Positions 27,126 to 40,192 of a stretch of DNA of 64,000 nt are shown piece after piece. Below the pieces are notes generated by a model that saw only the letters and a program-made list of their open reading frames with translations, was not told where the DNA came from and did not search any database. The DNA is from Veleropilina oligotropha (Eukaryota): assembly GCA_048128005.1 (NCBI GenBank), contig JBEUKZ010000036.1:310001-374000 (forward strand). Reading direction: 5' to 3'. The position numbers and the translations under genes are program-made. Each line of letters starts with the position of its first letter. The stretch's first letter is position 1.

Positions 27126-29304
27126 ACGGTACGATAACCATTTCAGTATTTATTTTAGTTAAAATGTACCACGGGTGTTTATTAATCAAATAACTTTTTC
27201 CTGGCGGCTCCATTGTTGTACATAATTTTTTCCCAATTTACAATCACTTCAGATCAATTTATAACAATTATCGTTTTCGCCATATTGGAAATTAGTATAT
27301 TTTTATGCAATATGTGGTACCCCTGCTGGATTAAACATCGATTGCAACCGTTTTATAAAGTACGACGTTACTACGGTTAGTAACATCGTTTGCGAAACAA
27401 AAATAAATGATACTTTATCTGTACAGGACTTCGTGGCGATGTCAGCGCCATGTTCAAAAACAAAATTTTATGCTTTCCATCAACGGTCAACTCTTCTGGC
27501 GCATGCAAAATCGGTCGCAGACGATTTAGTTTTCAATTTTTCAATATAATGATTATTTTGATATTGATATATTACTTAATTACTTTGTTTCCAATGTTTA
27601 GGTGCCCCGCATTATTTCTTAATGAAAAAGTGACATTTACAAAGTGAAAGTTGTCGGAAATTCTAGACACCACGTGTGGTTTTTTAATTCGTTTTGCTTT
27701 AAAGGAAAATTTCAATAGTAGGTAAGATTTGATGCCTTATGAGTCGACGTATCGTATTATTAGTTAATGATTATTTGCGGTAAATAATTTAATTGTAAGT
27801 TATATTTCAGTAAATTTTTAATTAAAAATGTTTTAGTGAAAAAGAGTAATTTTCGATAAAATCATTATCTGGTTACATGTCCGATAAGTTAGATACACCG
27901 GGTTGACGTACATTTATGAAAATACTTCACAAAGTAACAATTTAGCATAGAATATTCTCTATGTTACGTATAAAAATTCCCAATCACAGGGCTGGCAGCC
28001 CCAATTATTTTTCTGTGGAATCATCCCTGATATTACATTTCAGAATATATATATAGTATAATTCTGAGGACCAGTATTAAAATTGTTTTTGTTGTTGATT
28101 ATTTTTCTTTTCTATTTATTATTTATTCTTACAGATCTAATTATTTTTGAAGACATTTTTGAATATATCAGCATCATTGACGAATAATTAATTCCTTGTT
28201 ATAATTAATGCCACTCCTACCTCTTACAGATCTGAACCTATCTCATTCCTGAGATTACGATATTGCACACGACCAGCAGGGCGCCGTTCTGGAATCTCTG
28301 GTTAAGAAATATATTATTATAATAATAATTTATTGATGTTGAATCACTGCTGGTCCCCACTTGCCATATATTTTGACAGTGTGTAATAAAATTAATCTTT
28401 TTGTACAGATTCTTGCAAATAACTGGATTATTTGTATGGTGAATAACAATTTTATCCATTTTTATTATTAATTGAATGATACTTTTGTACAAATTAAGTA
28501 ACCCCATGCAGCAACATTTTTATCAGGTTTCGTTTTTTTACTCTACTTAAATTTTGTAAAGGGAGCAAGTTATTTACTTGGCGGATATGATTCTGAACTA
28601 TGGGCTTAAACATTCACATCAGTCATGTAAGTTAATGCTATTTACCATTAATCTTCACTTATGTTAATGCAATTTACCATTAATCTTCACTTAAGTATTT
28701 AATGCTATTTACCATTAATTTTGTCAAAATATTATCATATGATCTGTTTCAATTCAAAGAACAATACTATTTAACTTTTATACGATCGATATGATATTTT
28801 AATTCTATGTATATGACTATTTATTTATGTGTTTTAACAAAATTTTAATGTAATTATTGCATCACATGACCAAATTTTAGATGTTCATGATTGGTTGCGA
28901 CATATTTCATATATTAATGTCAGCTGAATCTGATATTCTGCACTGTTGACATTGCTACATAGAATTTCATGTCAGATCTGATCTTCATTACTTGAAATTT
29001 GTCTTTCTACGTAGAGAACTATAATTCCTTTTGCCCATTTATATCAGTCAGAGTTCATTACGTCATGAGTATTCTTAAATGTTATTTATAACCTGTATCC
29101 TTAAGCAGCGCTGCGAAATGCGGCCCCGTGTTATCCACCGCCATAATATGTTATATGGCAACTTTTGTTTGAACTGGTTCATTGAGCGATTCATCATTCT
29201 ATACACTATTTAATGCGACGGTTACAGTGACAGTCATATTGTTGTTTTTGGCTTGCGGTGAGAATTTTACAGACAGAGGTTGTGTAAGGAGTAGCAACCT
29301 TGAA

Positions 29305-31418
29305 CATTGTTGAAGTATCTCCATCTCAACAGCTCCCATCCTCCTCATCTCTCACACATTCCACCAAGCTCCACACTGATCACTGCTCAATGTCCAAGAC
29401 AATGATGGGTCATTGATGAAGTATCTCCATCTCAACAGCTCCCATCCTCCTCATCTCTCACACATTCCACCAAGCTCCACACTGACCACTGCTCAATGTC
29501 CAAGACAATGATGGGTCATTGATGAAGTATCTCCATCTCAACAGCTCCCATCCTCCTCATCTCTCACACATTCCACCAAGCTCCACACTGACCACTGCTC
29601 AATGTCCAAGACAATGATGGGTCATTGATGAAGTATCTCCATCTCCACAGCTCCCATCCTCCGCATCTCTCACACATTCCACCAAGCTCCACACTGTCCA
29701 CTGCTCAATGTCCAAGACAATGATGGGTCATTGATGAAGTATCTCCACAGCTCCCATCCTCCACACATTCCACCAAGCTCCACACTGTCCACTGCTCAAT
29801 GTCCAAGACAATGATGGGTCATTGATGAAGTATCTCCATCTCAACAGCTCCCATCCTCCTCATCTCTCACACATTCCACCAAGCTCCACACTGACCACTG
29901 CTCAATGTCCAAGACAATGATGGGTCATTGATGAAGTATCTCCATCTCCACAGCTCCCATCCTCCGCATCTCTCACACATTCCACCAAGCTCCACACTGA
30001 CCACTGCTCAATGTCCAAGACAATGATGAGTCATTGATGAAGTATCTCCATAGCTCCCATCCCTCACACATTCCACCAAGCTCCACACTGACCACTGCTC
30101 AATGTCCAAGACAATGATGAGTCATTGATGAAGTATCTCCATAGCTCCCATCCCTCACACATTCCACCAAGCTCCACACTGTCCACTGCTCAATGTCCAA
30201 GACAATGACGAGTCATTGATGAAGTATCTCCATAGCTCCCATCCCTCACACATTCCACCAAGCTCCACACTGACCACTGCTCAATGTCCAAGACAATGAT
30301 GAGTCATTGATGAAGTATCTCCATCTCCACAGCTCCCATCCTCCACACATTCCACCAAGCTCCACACTGTCCACTGCTCAATGTCCAAGACAATGATGGG
30401 TCATTGATGAAGTATCTCCATCTCCACAGCTCCCATCCTCCACACATTCCACCAAGCTCCACACTGTCCACTGCTCAATGTCCAAGACAATGGTGAGTCA
30501 TTGATAAAGTATCTCCACAGCTCCCATCCTCCGCATCTCTCACACATCCCACCAAGCTCCACACTGTCCACTGCTCAATGTCCAAGACAATGATGAGTCA
30601 TTGATGAAGTATCTCCATCTCCACAGCTCCCATCCTCCACATTCCACCAAGCTCCACACTGTCCACTGCTCAATGTCCAAGACAATGATGGGTCATTGAT
30701 AAAGTATCTCCACAGCTCCCATCCTCCACATCTCTCACACATTCCACCAAGCTCCACACTGACCACTGCTCAATGTCCAAGACAATGATGGGTCATTGAT
30801 GAAGTATCTCCATCTCCACAGCTCCCATCCTCCCCATCTCTCACACATCCCACCAAGCTCCACACTGACCACTGCTCAATGTCCAAGACAATGATGGGTC
30901 ATTGATGAAGTATCTCCATCTCCACAGCTCCCATCTCTCACACATCCCACCAAGCTCCACACTGACCACTGCTCAATGTCCAAGACAATGATGGGTCATT
31001 GATGAAGTATCTCCATCTCCACAGCTCCCATCCTCCCCATCTCTCACACATCCCACCAAGCTCCACACTGACCACTGCTCAATGTCCAAGACAATGATGG
31101 GTCATTGATGAAGTATCTCCATCTCCACAGCTCCCATCCTCCGCATCTCTCACACATCCCACCAAGCTCCACACTGACCACTGCTCAATGTCCAAGACAA
31201 TGATGGGTCATTGATGAAGTATCTCCATCTCCACAGCTCCCATCCTCCGCATCTCTCACACATCCCACCAAGCTCCACACTGACCACTGCTCAATGTCCA
31301 AGACAATGATGGGTCATTGATGAAGTATCTCCATCTCCACAGCTCCCATCCTCCGCATCTCTCACACATCCCACCAAGCTCCACACTGACCACTGCTCAA
31401 TGTCCAAGACATTGATGA
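29305..31418. repeat. ~91-106-bp satellite array derived from an RTE LINE 3' end (~21 units)
   Basis: Tandem units GTCCAAGACAATGATGGGTCATTGATGAAGTATCTCC..CACTGCTCAAT, continuous with the RTE coding remnant at the right end. Confidence 0.92.
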
Positions 31419-31601
31419 CCTTGGTCTTCCACTGCGTCGAAAACCCTCCACCTTTCCGTGCGAGCCATAGTTCCTGGTAATGTGACCAAACCATTTAATT
31501 GCAGCTTCCACCATCTTGTTGCCTCCAATAATGGCTCGTATTCTCCTATCAGATTCAATGTGTGCAAATTTCAATCCGAGTTCAAGACATTTTGTACGCA
31601 C
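31380..31601 (-). mobile_element. 5'-truncated RTE-clade LINE remnant (also 53320-53545)
   Basis: Translation IKWFGHITR..GKVEGFRRSGRPR..DIEQW matches the conserved RTE C-terminus (WxGHxxR..EGxRxRGRP). Confidence 0.8.
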
Positions 31602-32023
31602 ACTACATATACAGTATGTTAACTTATTACTGGATAGATCTCGGTGCCCTAAATTATTTATTTAATATTTAATATTGCTTGTCATAGTATGTATCCATAT
31701 CAGTCAGCGGGAGAGATTATGAGCGAAATAGACCAATCTCAAGGATAACTTGAATGTTCGTGAATATTGCTTTTATCATCTGTTTTATTTGTCATTTTTG
31801 TATATCAGTGCTTGACAAGTTTTTTATTCTTTTCCATATGTGCATGTCTGACATGTCTCTATTGTATACTATGTAATCATTACTGATGCATTGCAGCTGT
31901 ATACCGCTGACTTGATATTTTGATTTGCTTCACGCGAGTGGGTTAAGAATCCCCGGCACAGCTAGCTCTTTATGAAGCTAACAGTTTGAATAATATGAAC
32001 ATGTCTCAACATGACAATAGATG

Positions 32024-33091
32024 TTACGTTGAGGAGAATGTCAGAGCAATTCTCCATTCTTTAAAAAGAATGTAGACGAGGCACCGGAGGCACATTCTTT
32101 TTAAAGAATTGGAGAGTTTCTAACACATTCCGCAACTTAAAACACAGCCAAAAACCCATTATGCGCCCTTTCACGATACAATAGGTTGTCAACAATGATA
32201 AGAAGCATAATTGGTTCCGTGTCAATTGCGCCTTCACGGATAATTCATGTAAAATCTGATCCGAAATGAACGATTCGCATGTGTTGTGCAATCACAGCGG
32301 TCATTTGACCACTAATATTGCAGCTATCAGCTGTACCTTATATAATTATTTACATATTTTTAGCACGTTTAATCAGTTGAAGCACAGACAGCATTGCGTT
32401 CGGATGTGAAACTGTCGCTTATGGATTCACTATTAGGACTTCGAACAGGAGTTTAAAAGCGATACGCAGGATTTTTAAATGTGTGAATTAAGTTATTGCA
32501 ACAGTCCAATCGAAGATAGGCCTATCAATTATGCGTTAACGAAATTTATCAAAGATGTCATTTCAGCTGGATTTTAACAATCTGGATTTACTTTACGGAA
32601 TAGTATTTCACCCTCTGTTCGCAACAACAAGTGTTTACGACGATGCAAAGGAAATATAAAAAGTAAATGTGCTTTATCATAGTGAATGTTAGAGATGTCA
32701 TTTCAGTTGGATTTCAACAATCTAGATTTACTTGACGTAATAGTATTTCACCCTCGGTTTGCAAGTGTTTCCAACGATACTATTACTACGAAATCTATAA
32801 AATGTGTGTTAATGTAACAAATGTTTTACAGGGACGTGACCATCATTTCATTTCAGTTGGATTTAAACATTCTGGATTTACTGCACAGAATTGATATCTA
32901 GGAGTGGGTTGCATCGCGGCAGCGCTGGATAGTGATTACGTAACCTCTGTCCAGCGCTGTCGCCATACAACCCGCCCCAGATTTCACACCCTATTGTTCA
33001 CTTAACAAAGGAGAATTATTCAATATAACGCTCCATTCATGAAAAAGAATGGAGCGTTTAAACAAAGAAAAACATGGTGGCTGTGTTTTAA
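32024..33091. mobile_element. Non-coding element with terminal hairpin and internal junction (Crypton-like); copy at 53968-55035
   Basis: Imperfect ~45-bp IR arms at 32028-32072 and 32093-32136, then TTAAAACACAGCCA (32137-32150), which is inverted to the far end TGGCTGTGTTTTAA (33078-33091). Confidence 0.55.
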
Positions 33092-34530
33092 CATATATAA
33101 ACACCCCCAAAAACTTAGTTAATCATAAAACTTAATGTGAAATACCTGTGGATACTCTTGGCATTTAATACTAATATTCAAAGTTCATGCGTTCAGTGAC
33201 TGTGAAGTCGAGTTCCTTATCTCTGAAATTGTTTATAGATATAATATACTGTACCAATCAAGTTTAAATTTAAGTAACTTTAAAAATTTGATATCTATTA
33301 GCTGCATCCTGGGATCGAGATACATGACATGTCCGTAACAATTTTAATTGGTTAATTTTAACTTCTTTAAGTGAAGAGAGATCCACCGGTGATGATGTAA
33401 GGGAGCCTCTGTCACCAATTCTAATATAAAGAAAGTGACTGTCACACATTTGCATAAATTATACATGCAGTATTTTGACAGCAAAGATGTTTTCATTGGT
33501 ACTTTCTGATAGAAATATATATATACTTCCTGAAGTGATCCCGAAATATTAAAAAAAACTCAAATATGTCAACTAACCACGAAACTTGACTAGTTTCATA
33601 GAGTGTGTGTCACAGTTTATGTGCATTACCGCTTTATGTGTATTGATAATCGTTCCCGAATCGTGTCATTGTGGTAGAGTAAATTATGAAAACATGTGGA
33701 ATATCGATGGTGCAGTTTTAAGATATTCCATTCTGTCATTAATTTGATTATTTAATCAAATGTTGCAATTTCAATGCAAATTTTATTCTTCTAATGTTGT
33801 TGTTTTCTTAATATATACAATATTATATTTACACTATAAATACGCACAAATGTTTTTGTAGTATACTTTAGTTTTGCACCTATATTTAAATAAATGGTTT
33901 TACCAAGGTGACTTTGTTGAGATTATTTTTGCAAAGTGATTATTTGAATCAAATCTAATCTACCACATCCTATTTCTGAGTTGATTATCTCATATCTGCA
34001 GTTGTGTGCCATGCAAATTTTTCTCTACAAATGAAATTATAATACCTGTATATCATACATATTCATCTTATAATGTTACAGCCATATTAGGCTGTGTGCC
34101 CGACCAGTGAAAAGGGGCTAGAAAATGAAATCTGTGGCAGGTATCTCGCAACTGTCAATTTTTTTTATATATTATACTCGAGATCATGCAGAATTCGAAA
34201 ATGATTGTTTTGATATCAGCAAACGGTCAGATCTCTATGAAAAGACCCGTTACAGTTGACATGATATTGGTAAAGAAACCTGCATTTTGGGCCTTGAAAC
34301 CATTTTGGCATTCATTTTTCATGGAAGTAAAGCTGGTAGAATCATTTCTCATTTCAGTTAACAGCACAATATGGACTGCAGAATCCTGAAGTTACACATC
34401 TGTGTGGATTTATTAAATTATAAATGTCAGGTGGGGGAGGGGGGTGAAGGGCTGTGTGTGAGGCATGAATTGAGGTAAAAATTGACATGCATGACAATTT
34501 TTATTGTTTTTGCAAAGACGTTTTCACTGA

Positions 34531-35190
34531 TTTTGGCCCGCCTGATAGGCACGGCTATAGTCGTGGTCTGGCGTCCATCGGCATTGAGTTATTTAACTGT
34601 TTTTTGGCCCGCCTGATAGGCAGGGCTCGATCTAGTAGACTGGCGTCAGCTGATCGCTTTCTGTCACATAGAAAACAAACTGCTAGACCTACGCGTTTCA
34701 TATTTGGTATACACCTTGTATATCATCAGACCGTGCCTAAGTTCAAAGAAGGGGTCACTGGTTCAAAGGTCAAGGTCGTTTTCGTGTATGTCCAATCTGG
34801 ACTTGAAAAATTATTTCTGTCAAATAGAAGACAAACCACTGAACCTACGCTTTTTATTTGGTATACCATCAGGCCTTGCCTAAGTTCAAAGATGGGGTCA
34901 CTGGGTCAAAAGTCAAGGTCATTTTCATGTATTTCCGTTCTGAACTTCCTGCTACATAGAAGACGAACTGCTAGACCTACAGCTTTCATATTTGGTATGC
35001 ACCTTACCATATGGCCTTGCCCAAGTTCAAGATGGGGTCACTGGGTCAAAGGTCATACAAACTATTGCAAAATATATAGGCAGTTACTATGATGAAATTT
35101 ATTATAAAGTTATTGATTATTTGATCTCTATGGATGTATTATATTCAAAAGGCGGGCCAGTATGAGGAACATTATGTAACCTCTAGTTTT
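34531..35190 (+). mobile_element. Short HINE-like element nested in the Academ-like element (copy at 56511-57176)
   Basis: 5' TTTTGGCCCGCC (twice), ~140-bp internal repeats, 3' GGCGGGCCA..GAGG..CCTCTAGTTTT. Confidence 0.7.
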
Positions 35191-35544
35191 ACTGAAAGAC
35201 TACATGGAAAAATGACAACATACATGAAAAATATTCGGTAGAAACAAAGTACAAAATTATAACATCATAAGTATGAATTCTTAATGATTTTTATATAATG
35301 GATACTATAAACTGGTTAGATTTTATTTGAATCAGAGTTTTTAGGACTTCTTTCACAGTATTTCAGAGGTATCGCAGTCTGAACCCCCGTTTTAACGTTT
35401 CTATCTGATCAGACGGAGCAATTGTGGCTGAAAAACTGGTTTTAATAAGAATTATAATATATTATAACAAACTGGATATAAATTATGATATAATAATAAA
35501 CTATTTTTCGTCCCGAAACTACACATTTAATCATCATATTCATC

Positions 35545-36331
35545 AGCGTCGAACAAAATGGAATTTTCTGGTGCCAGAGTTTCCTATTGCCACAGTTTTT
35601 ACAAGCACATATCTCGGAACATGAAAGCTGCGCTGCACGACAGGAGCATTTCTTTGTGTCACATGGCTTCTTTTGACGAGACTCCTGGAGGAATGAGACC
35701 ACCCTGAGTTGTAGCTGTGCCCAAGGCTGTTTCAATAGACAGAATTGTAGACCTAGAAGCGCAGTGTCCTAGATGGAGATTAATGAGATTAAATAGAGTT
35801 AAATGTCTAACAGTCAAACCGAGTGATAGAGCCTTAGGTGTAGTTTTAGCGCCATTAGACTGTAAATAAACAACATCTTGTAATAATGAAATCATTTGGA
35901 GATGAAGAGGTTTTGGTAAGTCAACAAATTTTTCAATTGTTGGCTCGTCACTTACACCAATTGTCCACGTTAATAAATTGTAAAGAGGGATGGAAATTAG
36001 TGATTCTGCGGCAGATTGAGTCAAATCACTATCAGTCGGAGGCCAGCGTATATTCAGTGTTCCTTAGTTCATGGCGGAGGGTCATCCCTGCTGTGTACAG
36101 ATTATGGAGATTGTTTGAAATACATATCTTCACCGGTGAAAGACCTTCACTCGATGTTAAATCACTTTCACTTTCCGAACTTGTCATTGGCAATTTCTCC
36201 AGGAGCAATCCATGGTCAGTGGTCTGAACATACACTCTCGATTCTTCTTGACGACCAGTGGAAAGACAATTGGGGATACCGCCTTTGAAGTCGTTCTTTG
36301 ATTCCAGAAGTCCTGAAAATGAAATTGACAC
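35545..36331 (-). pseudogene. Academ-like transposase fragments joined to a CXC/Cys-rich C-terminus
   Basis: ORFs 35659-36024 and 35442-35735 carry the motifs above; frameshifted, with the central part missing. Confidence 0.65.
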
Positions 36332-36384
36332 GTTTTAGTCCTAGTTCATCTTCTGTTGAAATCATGATCAGTCATTCTCGATTG

Positions 36385-36630
36385 GATTGGATTCAGTTTA
36401 ATGTCACGTATTAAACACATGTACAAGGTCAAATGAGACATGTCCATATTATCGTGAGAGGAAAGCTCAGAATACCTGGGAAACTCGCCCCGCCTCCACC
36501 GGTTATACACCACCATGACGGTTACTCCAAAGTAGCCTTCGGCTGGGGATACGAACCCCCACTCGAAGCAGTGCAGTTAGCGAGATAATTTGGCGCAGCG
36601 CTCTATCCACTAGACGACAGAGGCAGCCTC
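36385..36630 (-). mobile_element. tRNA-derived SINE (related degenerate copy at ~36790-36975)
   Basis: A-box TCGTCTAGTGG, B-box GGTTCGTATCC, tail GACATTAAAC..(CCAA)n; both copies are also present in duplication copy 2. Confidence 0.65.
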
Positions 36631-37024
36631 GCTCATTCTGCATCCATTTCCATTAAATGATGAAGATAATATTATCTTGTGAGATGAGGGGTGAAGAGAA
36701 TCAACCAATGAAATGAAATAATAATCAGATGAAGAGATGAAATCACCAGGTGAGTATTTTTAGGCCATATTTGGACACCCTGCGACCCACATATTTATGT
36801 GTCAAGAAATGCCGGATATTCAATGAACGGTGAAACCCACCCGCCTCTGTCGGTTATGGGGCACTGTGACTGTTAACTTCAAAGTTGTCTTTGACTGGAC
36901 ACGAGCTCACACTGTCGAAGCTGCGCAGTCAGTGAGTGAATTTGGAGCAATGCTTAAAACCACTTAGCCACGGATGTGGCCAATGATATCAACAGATCAT
37001 TTCACTTTGTGGTATGGTAATGAA

Positions 37025-37190
37025 TTAGCATTATGGTGGAGTCACCTCAATGATGAAGGTGTGGAGCTTGTGGTGGATTAGCATTATGGTGGAGTCACCT
37101 CAATGATGATGGTGTGGAGCTTGTGGTGGATTAGCATTATGGTGGAGTCACCTCAATGATGATGAAGGTGTGGAGCTTGTGGTGGATCGA
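37025..37190. repeat. ~54-bp tandem repeat (3 copies here, 2 at ~58995-59105)
   Basis: ATTAGCATTATGGTGGAGTCACCTCAATGATGA..GGAGCTTGTGGTGG repeated. Confidence 0.85.
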
Positions 37191-37379
37191 ATTATTTCTC
37201 CATACTTTTCCCGCAACTTGGTGAGTCGGTAGACCTTGTGATTATTGATTATTTTATCTTCGATCACTTGTTGGCAAAAATATTCAAATGCAGGGTCCCC
37301 TAAAGCATCATCAGAGGCACAGAAGTGTATGAAAGGAGTTAAGAACTTTGTTTTATGGCCCCTTTGGCAATTTTTCAGC

Positions 37380-37562
37380 CTTAACGTGGCCGGGACACCC
37401 GGTTTAAGGTCTCTCTCCGATCGGACCAACATATATTATTTAGGGATATGCCATCTATTAGTTTTAAGCCTTGGAATAAGCCAGGCCGGAGCGGGCTTTA
37501 CCCACATCCTACAGTCCCACATAATGTTTTTCTGATGCTCTAACCAGCTTAGCCATCGAGGA
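37380..37562 (-). mobile_element. Degenerate tRNA-derived SINE fragment
   Basis: Minus strand A-box GATGGCTAAGCTGG..AGAGC and core GTCCGATCGGAGAGAGACCTTAAACCGGGTGTCCC. Confidence 0.55.
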
Positions 37563-38561
37563 CGTTGTGTATGAAAGGATATAAGCTTTAAGTTTTAACA
37601 AAACATTTGAAATATGATGTTTTTTTATGTAAACAATGTTACATGAACTGCGGTATTTTGATAATATGACTGATTAGATTTGCTAGCAGAATAACTTGGT
37701 GATGATCAGGTAATTTGTTGATAAAAAGCAATAACAAACGAGCTTACAGACTCTGTCAAGTAGTCTGGACATGATCATGGTTGGGTCAGGTTATTTTGGT
37801 TTCAATTAGAGTGGTGTCGACTGTATATAAGAGGGTGGGTTGGGGTCCACTGTATATAATTTTTTTGTAACAATTGAGAAGGAAACAGACATGTATTACT
37901 GATAATTCTCACCATCCCTTGGATGTTGCTGCTCTAAGAAATCTGGTATATTCTAAATAGCATGACCTATGGTATTTGGTCTCGATAGCCACACATTACA
38001 GTCTCCGCCACGTATAGGCCACAAAATCCTCTCATCAGCTTTGGATTCTGCTGCAGCTCTAAGTTTGCCTGAAATAATATTATTCAGTGTTGTAAATGCA
38101 TGACATCTACTGGCATTAAAAGATTGATGTACAAACATCAGATTAACAATCAATCTGATTAAAAACATTTAAATAACACAAATAGTTAACGATTAATTAT
38201 AATATGATTGCACAAATTCAATGATATTAAATAATTGAGCGATTATCTGTGCACAGAAAAACCCCGCCATATCAGGGTTCACCATGGGCTTTTATAAAGA
38301 TGTGGGCCACCTTATATTTTTGCTACCTCGCTATAATTTATTAATTTACTATATAATTTAATATACCCGCCTAATAATATCAATATGGGGAAAACCCTGG
38401 ATGTTACCACCTCCTTATAATTCAATCCACAGAGAACCTGCATATTCATATTATTAACGTGGGAGAAATGAAACTTAATTATAATTACCACACCTGTATT
38501 TGTGGTGGAGGATTAAATAATTGTTCCACAACATCAGAGTAACAACTAATGATAAATCATA

Positions 38562-40047
38562 TACACTCAACCAAAAAAGTTCTTAAAATCAGAAGTCAAG
38601 CCAAATATTTTAATTCCCCCAAACCCAGACTATTATCTATGTACATTACTTTAAAGCTCAATGAATACTGATCAGCTTGTGAAACTCTTAGCATGCTCAG
38701 TAACACAATAGATAGCTCATTAACGCTATGGGAATGTTGGACTTGCATAACAATGGCAAGGCATGATTTCCTGCCTGCAGCAGGCAAAGAGTTCAAGAGG
38801 CCTGGGGTCAATCTCCAACATTACAGTATTGGTTCGACAGTTCAATCTGTTGCACAAGTTCCTAAATATGGTGAAGTTATCAAACTTGGAGAGAGCTCGT
38901 ATCATTGGTATGCTGGAAGCTGGCAGGAGTCGAAGAGAAGTCGGAGCCCAATTTAATGTTTGCCAGGCAACATTGAGTAATCTGGTACGTCGCTACAATG
39001 AGACGCATGATGTGAAAGATAGGTGTCGTTCAGGAAGACCAAGAGCTACGACTCCACATGAAGACAGACGCATTCGATTGCTATCTCTACGGTCCAGAAC
39101 AATGCCAGCTACGACAATCCGAGCTACAATTCGGCATGAGAGGAGAGTACACCAAGGTTTGTGTGTTCAGACATTCCGAAATCGGCTGCACGAGGATGGA
39201 CTAAGAGCCAGAAAAGAAGCTGTTAAGCCATTGCTGACTGAACGGCACAAGCAAGAACGATTAGCATAGGCCCGTCAACATGCACACTGGAACAGACAGC
39301 AATGGTCCTAAGTCCTGTTCAGTGATGAATCTCGATTTTGTCTCTAAGGCAATGACGGACGAATACGCGTGTGGCGTCGTCGGAATGAACGCTTTGCTAA
39401 TGCCTGTGTGCAGCCTGCCAGACAAGGAAGAGGAGGGAGTATCATGATTTGGGCTGGGATCAGCGAAAATGGTAAAACCAATGCGGTTTTCAATGAGGGC
39501 AATACGCACGACGATATATCGATGAGGTTTTGCGACCAGTGGTTTTTCCCTTCGCTCAAAATCGTGGTCCTCAATTCATATTGATGGATGACAACGCGCC
39601 TCCCCATCGTGCCCACATTGTGCGAGACTTCTTGCAGAATGAACAGATTACTCGGATGGATCCATGGCCTTCTTGTAGCCCGGATCTCAACCCCATCGAG
39701 CACTGTTGGGACGAGATTGGCCGCGCAGTCTCAAATCGCCGGGTGCCTGGTGACACACTTGGTGACTTGAGGCGTTATATCGCAGAAGAATGGAACAATC
39801 TTCCGCAGGCTCGGATCCGCAGACTCGTACGCAGCATGAGATCCAGGTGTCAGGCTTGCATCGCAAGCAATGGTGGATACACACGCTATTGATGTGTTAT
39901 CCCGCATAATGCAATAAACCTGCTGTATTCACTTTTGTCATTTTTTACTTTCCACCTGCCCCGTCATTGAGCATGCGTGTTCATTCATGGATGCCATTAT
40001 GATTTTGCAAATATTTCAGATTTTAAGAACTTTTTTGGTTAAGTGTA
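38562..40047 (+). mobile_element. Tc1-like (DD34E) transposon, present only in duplication copy 1
   Basis: ~30-bp TIRs TACACT(C/T)AACCAAAAAAGTTCTTAAAATC with TA TSD, inserted in a 40-bp minisatellite. Confidence 0.93.
38868..39892 (+). pseudogene. Tc1 transposase pseudogene
   Basis: Paired-like HTH, SGRPR, FSDESRF, MDDNAPPH, WPSCSPDLNPIE and GGYTRY; stops at ~39267, ~39308, ~39345 and a deletion/frameshift at ~39500. Confidence 0.92.
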
Positions 40048-40192
40048 TAACAGAACATCAGATTAACAACTGATGATAAATCATATATAACAGAACATCA
40101 GAGTAACAACTGATGATAAATCATATATAACAGAACATCAGAGTAACAACTGATGATAAATTATATATAACAGAACATCAGAGTAACAACAT
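40048..40192. repeat. 40-bp minisatellite (continues at 38530-38561, left of the Tc1)
   Basis: TAACAGAACATCAGAGTAACAACTGATGATAAATCATATA repeats. Confidence 0.85.

Noticed and set aside
28055..28078. TIR-like end GTATAATTCTGAGGACCAGTA
   Set aside because: No matching opposite terminus was found in the window.
29305..31418. CRISPR-like look (constant hairpin-containing repeat with variable intervals), also 48900-53362
   Set aside because: The variable parts are indel variants of one sequence rather than unique spacers. There are no cas genes and the context is eukaryotic.
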